This document shows positions 20,114-28,385 of a stretch of DNA of 64,000 nt, in pieces (position 1 is the stretch's first letter; each line of letters begins with the position of its first letter). Both the position numbers and the translations under genes were made by a program. Under the pieces are notes generated by a model, which was not told the DNA's origin, ran no database searches, and saw nothing but the letters and a program-made list of their open reading frames with translations. The DNA comes from Muribaculaceae bacterium (GTDB taxonomy: Bacteria > Bacteroidota > Bacteroidia > Bacteroidales > Muribaculaceae): NCBI GenBank assembly GCA_051878575.1, contig JBJEKJ010000099.1, positions 10,686 to 74,685 of the forward strand, in the 5' to 3' direction.

Positions 20114-20171
20114 GTAAACTTGGCGTTCAATGGCGTTCTGTGGCGTTCTGCGCTCGATTTGCACTATCTTT
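20114..20171 (-). repeat. Partial inverted copy of the 73-bp repeat with an internal 10-bp triplication (tggcgttcNN x3)
   Basis: ggcgttctgcgctcgatttgcactatcttt (20142-20171) is the exact reverse complement of 30 bp of the 18752 array unit. tggcgttcaa, tggcgttctg and tggcgttctg lie at 20121-20150. Confidence 0.9.
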
Positions 20172-20205
20172 ACATCCAGATAACCATAGTCTCGAAAAAA
20201 AGTAT

Positions 20206-20213
20206 TAACTTTG
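20206..20213 (+). promoter_or_regulatory. -7 promoter box candidate (TAACTTTG) upstream of the methyltransferase gene
   Basis: Matches TAnnTTTG. No clear -33 TTTG at the consensus spacing. Confidence 0.35.
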
Positions 20214-20349
20214 CATCAAAATCTGCGATTGCCGCTGACAAAGGCCGCTCAATGTAAGTAATTATTTATCAATATATAACGTAGCTTCCTCGTATCCGCA
20301 AAAGGTTTGGTCGCCTGTCAGCCTACTTGGGAGTTCCTCACTTGTTAAT

Positions 20350-22233
20350 ATGGCAGAAAAGAAATCATTTCTTAAAGGGAAAAAGCCGATTACCTTTCTT
20401 GACCTCTTTGCCGGTGCGGGAGGCATAAGCGAAGGGTTTCTTCAGGCATATACCTCTGATAAATATTTCAAGTTTATTCTTGCAAGCGATATTAACGAGA
20501 ATTGTGAGTTGACCCATATAGTAAGATACAATCATCAGTTAGGACTTGACACTAAGTTTCTTACTGCTGATATTATGGCTCCGGATTTTATACAGCGTCT
20601 GCTTGCTCAACTCGGAGATGAGGAAATTGATGTTGTGACAGGCGGTCCGAGCTGTCAGTCTTTCAGTTTGTCCGGCCGTCGCAGACGCTTTGATAAAAGG
20701 GATAATCTTTTCCTTCACTATCTGGCTGTTATCCGCAAATTGCGTCCTAAATACTTTGTTATGGAGAATGTCAAAGGACTTCTGACGAAAGACAAAGGGA
20801 AATTCAAGGATGCGATACTTCGTGAAATACGTTCTATTATCGACGATAAAAATATACCCTCATTTCTTCTGTTCCTTATTCGGCTTCTTGACAAAAACAC
20901 ATCATCGTTTGTCAAAAACTGTGTCCTTACAAAAATAAAAATGGAGGTTGCGGATGATGAAACGGCACGCTCTGAGCGAGACAATTATTTTGCCACACTT
21001 GAAGCACAGTTTAAGTCGATTACACGAAAAATAGACTATCGTCTCAGTAAATCCAATATCAACATTGCGACAATTCGACATGGTCTTAACCTACTCCGCC
21101 GAACCGATGAAAGAAACGCAATCTCCGCTGCTATCATCAATGAAAAAATGCAGGCTGACATTGACAATGATTTCTTTGTCAACCAGTTCAACAATTTCAT
21201 ATCGTTCATTGATGATTCGACGATAATAAACACCATCCTTTCTGCCATCGACACTTTCGCAGAGTTCGACAGCTCCTCTAACGATGTAGAGGAGTTCCGG
21301 GAAATGATAAAACTTTATTCCTATACGCTCGATGAGACATTCTCTCTTGTAAGGGATTTATCCAAAAGCAAAAAGGAAATCGAGGAGCTTGACAAGCATC
21401 TCGAAGATATAAGACTTTACAGGGTCGCTAAGCCAATTGTCGCTCTCGCTGCCGATTACGGCGTTCCGCAAAATCGCGAGCGAGTGCTTTTTATTGGCTG
21501 CCGAAAAGACCAAGAGCTTATAGATGCTGTTCCTCCCACTGTTACTGAGGAAGAAAAGGTAACAGTATATGAAGCTTTACACGATCTTGACTTCTTAGGT
21601 AACGGTGCCGTAGCAGAGACTTACGGCGCACAGCGTATAATGCCTGAATTTGAGCCGCTTATTCGCTGTCGTGAAGTGCAAGGCCATATTTCGGATGCCG
21701 AAGAAACACACACATTCTCCGAATGGTCTAAGATAGGCCGTTTCGGTCACAGGTTCGATTTCTGTTGTGAGCCTTTCTATGTTCGTTCTCTCGAAGACTT
21801 GAACAACAATCTTTTCTGCGAGGCTCCGGTTCTATACAATCATCAGACAAGCTCACAGAGCGATGATGTAAAAGAAAGACTCTCTATCATAGCCAAACAC
21901 GGGGTATATGACGAAGACTGCAAAGTCGAACTTACGCAGTTAGGTTTGGAATCCAATAAGAGAAACTATACCGTCCTTAATCCTAAAGGTCAAAGTCCTA
22001 CCGTAGTCACGATGCCTGACGATTTCATCCATTATGCCGCACATAGAGCAATGACAGTTAGAGAAATGGCACGTCTCCAATCTTTTGATGATTCATTTGT
22101 TTTTCAAGGGAAACGCCAAACCGGAGGCACCAAGAGAAAATCGGAGATTCCGCAATATACACTTGTTGGCAATGCCGTGCCTCCGCTGATGGCAAGGGCT
22201 ATAGCCAATACCATTCTTAAACACATAAAGTAG
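20350..22233 (+). CDS. DNA (cytosine-5)-methyltransferase, unusually long (627 aa)
   Basis: Motif I FLDLFAGAGGISEGF, motif IV GGPSCQSFS, motif VI ENVKGLL, motif VIII YGVPQNRERVLFIG, motif IX MTVREMARLQSF, motif X TLVGNAVPPLMARAIA. About 233 aa separate ENV from QNRER. Confidence 0.92.
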   Translation: MAEKKSFLKGKKPITFLDLFAGAGGISEGFLQAYTSDKYFKFILASDINENCELTHIVRYNHQLGLDTKFLTADIMAPDFIQRLLAQLGDEEIDVVTGGPSCQSFSLSGRRRRFDKRDNLFLHYLAVIRKLRPKYFVMENVKGLLTKDKGKFKDAILREIRSIIDDKNIPSFLLFLIRLLDKNTSSFVKNCVLTKIKMEVADDETARSERDNYFATLEAQFKSITRKIDYRLSKSNINIATIRHGLNLLRRTDERNAISAAIINEKMQADIDNDFFVNQFNNFISFIDDSTIINTILSAIDTFAEFDSSSNDVEEFREMIKLYSYTLDETFSLVRDLSKSKKEIEELDKHLEDIRLYRVAKPIVALAADYGVPQNRERVLFIGCRKDQELIDAVPPTVTEEEKVTVYEALHDLDFLGNGAVAETYGAQRIMPEFEPLIRCREVQGHISDAEETHTFSEWSKIGRFGHRFDFCCEPFYVRSLEDLNNNLFCEAPVLYNHQTSSQSDDVKERLSIIAKHGVYDEDCKVELTQLGLESNKRNYTVLNPKGQSPTVVTMPDDFIHYAAHRAMTVREMARLQSFDDSFVFQGKRQTGGTKRKSEIPQYTLVGNAVPPLMARAIANTILKHIK

Positions 22234-22239
22234 CATATC

Positions 22240-23457
22240 ATGATACACATGCGCCCATACAATGCTTTTGAAACCAAAAATGTCAAATTCTTGGTTGACA
22301 AGCAGGTGGAATTTGCAACAATACAAATCACCGAAACCGGATTAAAGAAAAGCATTTTGGATGCAACAGCTCCTGTTCGTGCTTATTTTAAGGAGAAGAA
22401 CATTCATGACTATGAAACCCAACTTCAAGGTCCTGAACACAAGCGCGTCGTAGACACATACATACTCACGGAGGAAAAACAGCACCATGCAAAGACCTCT
22501 CTTTATAGACCCGTCACAAAAAAAGGCGACCCTCGCCTATGGGTAAATAAAGTTAGGGATGTGGAGTTCCTTCGTGCAAATGATATTTTCGCATTTATCG
22601 CGCACAGAGGTATCCTTTTCACCATAAACCTTACGACTGTAAACATTGAAAAAGTTTGTATGTCGCCCATTGATACGCCATTGAAGGATTTGATTTTTGA
22701 AATCTCTTGCCGGAAAACTTCTATCAGCAACGAATTGCTTGAATTGATAAAGGATAGAATGTCTGACTGGATGCCCGCTGAAATATTGGCTGATACCGGT
22801 ATTGGACGAACCGTTGAATCAGTTCTTGGTATAGACATGAATCCTTCAAAGAGACCTGATTATAAGGGCATCGAATTAAAAAGCCATCGCGAGGCATCCA
22901 AAGTACGCAACACACTATTTACTCAAGCGCCCGAATGGGCTATAAGCCGGTTAAAAAGCGGACGAGCTATTGTTGAAGAGTATGGTTATATCCCTGACGG
23001 ATACATTCATAAATCTTTACACGTCACACTTACAGCGAACAGGCCAAACCCACAGGGTCTCGGTCTGTTAGTTCAACCACAATTAGGTATATTGGAAGCT
23101 GACGAGTTCGCGCGGATAGCGTTGGATGATGGCTCTTTCAGAAAAATTAATGACGTTGCGGCTTGGCAACTTATAAATCTACATGAACGCTTGCTTACAA
23201 AGCATCATGAGACCTTTTGGATTGAAGCGGAGACCAAAAAAGAATCGGGCCAAGAATATTTCCGCGTGTCGCAAATTCTCCACACCAAGAATCCTATTAC
23301 TTCTCAGTTCGATGTCCTTCTTGATCAAGGACAAATCACTGTGGACTTTTTGCTTTGCCGTGATTCCGGCGGTGACACTTACAGCTTTAAGATAAATGGA
23401 AAAGCCCGACACCTATTATTCCCACAGAGCGAAACGTATAGGCTTCAATCCATTTGA
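22240..23457 (+). CDS. Putative Type II restriction endonuclease: unassigned N-terminal module plus C-terminal BcnI/MvaI/MutH-type PD-(D/E)XK core
   Basis: 405 aa, starting 6 nt after the methyltransferase stop. The segment GIGRTVESVLGIDMNPSKRPDYKGIELKSHR matches the MutH/Sau3AI/BcnI pattern (G.G..E..LG......D-x4-E-x-K). It shares the AT-rich composition of the methyltransferase gene. Confidence 0.6.
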   Translation: MIHMRPYNAFETKNVKFLVDKQVEFATIQITETGLKKSILDATAPVRAYFKEKNIHDYETQLQGPEHKRVVDTYILTEEKQHHAKTSLYRPVTKKGDPRLWVNKVRDVEFLRANDIFAFIAHRGILFTINLTTVNIEKVCMSPIDTPLKDLIFEISCRKTSISNELLELIKDRMSDWMPAEILADTGIGRTVESVLGIDMNPSKRPDYKGIELKSHREASKVRNTLFTQAPEWAISRLKSGRAIVEEYGYIPDGYIHKSLHVTLTANRPNPQGLGLLVQPQLGILEADEFARIALDDGSFRKINDVAAWQLINLHERLLTKHHETFWIEAETKKESGQEYFRVSQILHTKNPITSQFDVLLDQGQITVDFLLCRDSGGDTYSFKINGKARHLLFPQSETYRLQSI

Positions 23458-23649
23458 TAAATCTACAAGTCAGTTAGCTATGCCTAACGGCCGCAGATTA
23501 AAGGCGGCATTCTGTGCTGTGGTATGTTTTTTGGGGTGAGATGCGTAATAATAGAAAAATTTTGTGTAAGTTTGTTGGCTAAAGACGCTCAGGCTCTCGG
23601 CCGGGGCGTGTAATATGGCATTATGTAACGAAAAAAACTATTTTGGCAA

Positions 23650-24990
23650 ATGGCTTCAAAACTTTGGGAAAAATCAGTGCAGGTGAATCACGATGTGGAT
23701 ACCTACACCGTGGGACGCGATCGTGAGATGGACCTGTATCTTGCAAAATACGACGTGCTGGGCTCGCTGGCTCACATCAGGATGTTGGAGAGCATTGGGC
23801 TGCTGACTGCCGACGAGCTGAGGGCTCTTACGGCCGGATTGCGCGCTATTCATGCCGAGATAGAGGCCGGAGAATTCGCTATTGAGGATGGCATAGAGGA
23901 TGTGCACTCGCAGGTTGAGCTGATGCTCACGCGCCGCTTAGGCGACATAGGCAAGAAGATTCACTCGGGGCGCTCGCGCAACGACCAGGTGCTCGTCGAC
24001 TTGCGACTGTTCATCCGCAGCGAGATTGAGAGCATTGTGGAGCATGTCACCATGTTGTTCAAGACGCTTAACTCACAGTCGGCACGCTATCGCGACGTTC
24101 TGATGCCGGGATACACGCATCTTCAGGTGGCTATGCCATCGTCGTTCGGGCTGTGGTTTGGCGCCTATGCCGAGTCGCTTGTCGACGACCTGACGGTGCT
24201 CCGTGCGGCCTACGAGATTACCGATCGCAATCCGCTCGGATCGGCTGCGGGATATGGCTCGTCGTTTCCGCTCAACCGCACGATGACCACACGCCTGCTC
24301 GGATTCAAGTCGCTCGACTACAATGTGGTGTATGCGCAGATGGGCCGCGGCAAGACCGAGCGTATAGTGGCAAGCGCCATTGCCGGCGTGGCCGCCACAA
24401 TATCGAAGCTCGCCTACGACGCATGTATGTTCAACTCACAGAACTTCGGTTTCATAAAACTTGCCGACGAGTTCACCACGGGCTCGTCGATTATGCCCCA
24501 CAAGAAGAATCCCGACGTGTTTGAGCTCACGCGCGCCAAGTGCAATAAACTCCAGTCGCTTCCCTATGAGATTACGTTGATAACCAACAATCTGCCATCG
24601 GGCTACTTCCGCGACTTGCAGCTCGTGAAGGAGTCGTTTCTACCTGCTTTTGGCGAGCTGAGGCAGATTCTCACCATGGTGAATGCCATGATGGAGCAAG
24701 TGAGGGTGAATGAGCACATTCTCGACGATGCCCGCTACGACTTGATGTTCTCGGTGGAGGAGGTGAACCGCCTCACGCGCGAGGGGATGCCCTTCCGCGA
24801 TGCCTACAAGAAGGTGGGGCTCGACATCGAGGCTGGCCGCTTCTCGTCGGTGAAGACTGTGGCCCACACCCACGAGGGCTCCATCGGGAATCCGTGCAAC
24901 GACGAGGTGTCGGCTTTGTACATGCAGGTGCTCGACGGTTTCGACTTCGACACCTACCACCATGCCTTCGACAAACTTTTGAATGACTAA
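23650..24990 (+). CDS. argH: Argininosuccinate lyase
   Basis: 446 aa. Fumarate-lyase signature region GSSIMPHKKNPDVFE and an ArgH-type N-terminus (KLWEK...). Confidence 0.95.
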   Translation: MASKLWEKSVQVNHDVDTYTVGRDREMDLYLAKYDVLGSLAHIRMLESIGLLTADELRALTAGLRAIHAEIEAGEFAIEDGIEDVHSQVELMLTRRLGDIGKKIHSGRSRNDQVLVDLRLFIRSEIESIVEHVTMLFKTLNSQSARYRDVLMPGYTHLQVAMPSSFGLWFGAYAESLVDDLTVLRAAYEITDRNPLGSAAGYGSSFPLNRTMTTRLLGFKSLDYNVVYAQMGRGKTERIVASAIAGVAATISKLAYDACMFNSQNFGFIKLADEFTTGSSIMPHKKNPDVFELTRAKCNKLQSLPYEITLITNNLPSGYFRDLQLVKESFLPAFGELRQILTMVNAMMEQVRVNEHILDDARYDLMFSVEEVNRLTREGMPFRDAYKKVGLDIEAGRFSSVKTVAHTHEGSIGNPCNDEVSALYMQVLDGFDFDTYHHAFDKLLND

Positions 24991-25002
24991 AACCGCTAAG
25001 AT

Positions 25003-25998
25003 ATGAATGAATATATAGCAAATCCCAATCGCTATGCCGACGGAATGATGAACTATCGCCAATGTGGAAACTCAGGGATAAAGCTGCCTGAGCTTACGCT
25101 TGGATTCTGGTGGAATTTCGGCGGAGTGAACGACTATGGTGAGTCGCTTGCCAAAGTGACCTACGCTTTCGATCACGGAATCACTTGCTTCGACCTTGCC
25201 AACAACTACGGGCCGCCTTTCGGCTCGGCTGAGGAGACTTTTGGCAAAATCTACTATGAGAACATGCGCGCTCACCGCCATGAGATGATTGTGACCACCA
25301 AAGCCGGCTACAACATGTGGGAGGGCCCATACGGCTGTGGCTCGTCGCGGAAGATGCTCATGACGAGCCTCGACGAGTCGCTGCGGCGCATGCGACTCGA
25401 CTATGTCGACATATTCTACTCTCATCGCTACGACGGCTTCACGCCTATCGAGGAGACGATGCAGGCGCTTGTCGACATCGTGCGTGGCGGAAAGGCTCTA
25501 TATGTGGGATTGTCGAACTATCCTGTCGACAAACTTGTGCCGGCAGTGGCCTATCTGCGCAGTCGTAACGTGAATCCGCTGATTTATCAGGGAAAATACA
25601 ATATGCTCGTGCGCGATGCCGAGGAGAGGCACTTCGACGTAATGAGTGACTTGGGTATCGGCTTCACTGCATTCTCGCCATTGGCTCAGGGAATTCTCTC
25701 GGGCAAATATGTCGACGGCATTCCCGACGACTCGCGCGCCCACACCCAGAATCCGCTCATGAGGGGAATGATAACGCCCGAGGCAACCAAGAAGGTGCGC
25801 CTGCTGAAGTCGATAGCCGAATATCGCGGGCAGACGCTTGCACAGATGGCGCTGTCGTGGATTCTCGCAAAGCAGGTGGTGACATCGGTGATTATAGGTC
25901 CGCGCACGGTGGAGCAGATGGCCGACAGCATAGAGGCAATACGCCATGCCACATTCACTGCCGAGGAATTGATAGAGATCAACCGCGTGCTGCTATGA
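25003..25998 (+). CDS. Aldo/keto reductase (YghZ/L-glyceraldehyde-3-phosphate reductase-like)
   Basis: 331 aa. AKR motifs FDLANNYGPPFGSAEE, VTTKAGY, DIFYSHRYD, ALYVGLSNY. Confidence 0.9.
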   Translation: MNEYIANPNRYADGMMNYRQCGNSGIKLPELTLGFWWNFGGVNDYGESLAKVTYAFDHGITCFDLANNYGPPFGSAEETFGKIYYENMRAHRHEMIVTTKAGYNMWEGPYGCGSSRKMLMTSLDESLRRMRLDYVDIFYSHRYDGFTPIEETMQALVDIVRGGKALYVGLSNYPVDKLVPAVAYLRSRNVNPLIYQGKYNMLVRDAEERHFDVMSDLGIGFTAFSPLAQGILSGKYVDGIPDDSRAHTQNPLMRGMITPEATKKVRLLKSIAEYRGQTLAQMALSWILAKQVVTSVIIGPRTVEQMADSIEAIRHATFTAEELIEINRVLL

Positions 25999-26495
25999 TA
26001 AGGCGATTGCTCATAATGCTGACGATTGCCGCTATGGCAGTGGCGTGCACGAAGATCGACGACAACCACACGCCTGCCTATCAGGTGAGCATACGCCTCA
26101 ACAGTGTGGGGCTGTGGAACACCTATGGCGTGCACGGGTTGGGCGAATGCCGCATTTTCAGCGTCCGCAAGAAGCTGCCTGCCAATTTCCACTTCACCGC
26201 CAACACCTATACCGGATTTGCCGGAGTGATGCTCTTGCAGGGCTTTGACTTCACCACGCAGAGCTATGGCGTGCCGGTGGCCTTCGAGATAGCGTGTCCG
26301 GTGGAGAACCGCTATGACGTGACGGTGGAGTTCAACTCCGAGACATTCGAGGCCGTGTGCCCGAAGTGCGGCTCGCACTATAATGTGCTCGAGGGTGGCG
26401 GGGCAGCCGTGTCGGGCCAGGCTTTCGACCGCCACTATGGCCTTACGCGCTATCGTGTGTATCCCGAGAACGGCGGCTATGTGATAACCAACTGA
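25995..26495 (+). CDS. Small lipoprotein with a Rieske-fold-like C-terminal half lacking the His ligands
   Basis: The start ATG overlaps the AKR stop (ATGA). Lipobox AMAVAC. The segment ACPVEN...(17 aa)...CPKCGSHYNVLEGGG...YRVYPENGGYVI follows the spacing of CxH...CxxH Rieske domains. Confidence 0.6.
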   Translation: MIRRLLIMLTIAAMAVACTKIDDNHTPAYQVSIRLNSVGLWNTYGVHGLGECRIFSVRKKLPANFHFTANTYTGFAGVMLLQGFDFTTQSYGVPVAFEIACPVENRYDVTVEFNSETFEAVCPKCGSHYNVLEGGGAAVSGQAFDRHYGLTRYRVYPENGGYVITN

Positions 26496-26579
26496 CGCGA
26501 GGCTGCGGCTTGCGTGATGTGTGGCATTTTTGCTAAAGAAAAAAAGGAAGAATAAATACAAACAATTGAAATATATACA

Positions 26580-28361
26580 ATGAGTAAGGCAACACTGAAA
26601 AATTTGGAGGCTTTGCGCGACGAGATGCGCCGCGTGAGTGTCAGTGCCGTGATAATTCCGGGCACCGACTATCATCAAAGTGAATATGTGAGTGATTTCT
26701 GGAAATTCCGCGACTGGGTGACGGGGTTCACAGGTAGCAATGGTACGGCGGTGGTCACTCTCGACAAAGCCGGGCTGTGGACCGACTCCCGCTACTTTCT
26801 TCAGGCCGCGCAGCAGCTTGAGGACTCGGGTGTCGACTTGCACAAGGAGGATATTCCCGGCGAGGCTACTATCACCGAGTGGCTTGCCGAGGAGCTTGGC
26901 GACGAGGACGTGCTTGCCGTGGACGGACGCTTGTTCTCTCTAATCAGGGCAAACGCGCTCGAGGAGTTTTGCGGGCGCAACGGATTCAGGTTTGCGGCCG
27001 ATTTTGCTCCCGCCGACAGAATATGGACCGGACGCCCCGAGCGCCCTATGGCCAAGGCCTTCGTGCATGAGGAGAAGTATGCCGGTGAGAGTGCGGCCTC
27101 GAAAATAGGCCGTGTGATGGCCGAGGTGGAGCGTGCCGGAGCCGACTCCATATTCCTCACCGCGCTCGACGAGATAGCGTGGACGCTCAACCTGCGTGGC
27201 TCTGACGTGGCATTCACCCCGGTGGTGATATCCTATCTTTATCTCTCGGCCGACGAGAAAGTGCTGTTCATCGACTCGGCAAAGGTCGACGACGAGGTGG
27301 CCGCGCACCTGAAGGCTGCCGGAGTGAAGATGAGAGAATACGACGATGTGGATAAGTTCCTCGGACGTGTGTCGGTTGACACCACCGTGTTGCTCGACCC
27401 CAACTTGGTGAGCGATGCCCTCGCTCGTGCCCTCGAGTGCTACAAGGTGTACGGCAAGTCGCCTGTGGCTGCGCTGAAGGCTTGCAAGAACGAGGTGCAG
27501 ATAGCCGGAACGCGCAAGGCAATGGAGCGCGACGGCGCCGCTCTTGTGCGCCTGTTCATGTGGATTGAGGCAAATGCCGGCTCCGGTAAGTATTCTGAGC
27601 TCGACGTTTGGGAAATGGGTAAAAAATACCGTGCCGAGAGCGACCTTTACAGGGGCGACAGCTTCGGCATGATTGCCGGCTACAAGGAGCATGGAGCCAT
27701 TGTGCACTACTCGGCATCGAAAGAGAGCGCGTCGACGCTTGCAGCCGACGGACTGCTGCTCGTGGACAGTGGCGCGCAGTATCTGGATGGCACTACCGAC
27801 ATCACGCGCACCGTCACGCTCGGCAACCCTACCGCCGACGAGATTCACGACTACACACTCGTGCTTAAGGGACACCTCGCCATAGCGCGCGCTCAGTTCC
27901 CCGTCGGAACACGAGGCAGTCAGCTCGACGCCTTGGCGCGAATCTATCAGTGGGAGGAGGGTATGACTTATCTGCACGGCACCGGGCACGGTGTTGGTCA
28001 CTTCCTCGGCGTGCACGAGGGCCCGCAGAACATACGCCTCAACGAGAATCCGGCCACACTGCAACCGGGAATGATAACCAGCGATGAGCCGGGAATCTAC
28101 AAGGCAGGGAAATATGGCATACGCACCGAGAACCTTGTGCTGACGGTGCCCGGAGCGCATAGCGAGGAGTTTGGCGACTTCCTGAGGTTTGAGACGCTCA
28201 CGCTGTTCCCCTACGATGCCAAGCTGATTGACCTCTCCATGCTCTCCGACAAGGAGATAGCGCAAGTGAACGCCTATCACAAGATGGTGCGCGAGCGCCT
28301 CACTCCCTATCTGAACGCCGATGAGGCCGCTTGGCTTGCCGAGAAGACTAAGGAACTATAA
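26580..28361 (+). CDS. Xaa-Pro aminopeptidase (M24B, aminopeptidase P family)
   Basis: 593 aa. Creatinase-like N-terminal domains and a pita-bread C-terminal domain with metal ligands (DSGAQYLDGTTDITRT, HGTGHGVGHFLGVHEGP, SDEPGIY, RTENLV). Confidence 0.9.
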   Translation: MSKATLKNLEALRDEMRRVSVSAVIIPGTDYHQSEYVSDFWKFRDWVTGFTGSNGTAVVTLDKAGLWTDSRYFLQAAQQLEDSGVDLHKEDIPGEATITEWLAEELGDEDVLAVDGRLFSLIRANALEEFCGRNGFRFAADFAPADRIWTGRPERPMAKAFVHEEKYAGESAASKIGRVMAEVERAGADSIFLTALDEIAWTLNLRGSDVAFTPVVISYLYLSADEKVLFIDSAKVDDEVAAHLKAAGVKMREYDDVDKFLGRVSVDTTVLLDPNLVSDALARALECYKVYGKSPVAALKACKNEVQIAGTRKAMERDGAALVRLFMWIEANAGSGKYSELDVWEMGKKYRAESDLYRGDSFGMIAGYKEHGAIVHYSASKESASTLAADGLLLVDSGAQYLDGTTDITRTVTLGNPTADEIHDYTLVLKGHLAIARAQFPVGTRGSQLDALARIYQWEEGMTYLHGTGHGVGHFLGVHEGPQNIRLNENPATLQPGMITSDEPGIYKAGKYGIRTENLVLTVPGAHSEEFGDFLRFETLTLFPYDAKLIDLSMLSDKEIAQVNAYHKMVRERLTPYLNADEAAWLAEKTKEL

Positions 28362-28385
28362 ACAACGGAAAAAAGTGAGAAAAAT

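Noticed and set aside
20172-20349. Direct repeats (att-like) flanking the R-M cassette
   Set aside because: I compared 20172-20349 with 23458-23649 by eye. Only short GC-rich similarities appear (ggccgc, aaaggc), with nothing of 12 bp or more. I cannot claim a target-site duplication without a proper alignment.
25857-25994. N-terminal extension of the small lipoprotein ORF, overlapping the AKR gene
   Set aside because: The extension lies inside the AKR coding frame and translates to Arg/Gly/His-rich sequence. The signal peptide and lipobox start at the ATG at 25995, which overlaps the AKR stop.
25686-28280. Long minus-strand ORFs (25686-26843 and 26940-28280), antisense to the AKR, lipoprotein and aminopeptidase genes
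   Set aside because: These are shadow ORFs with Arg/His/Gly-rich nonsense-like translations. The plus-strand products have clear family motifs.
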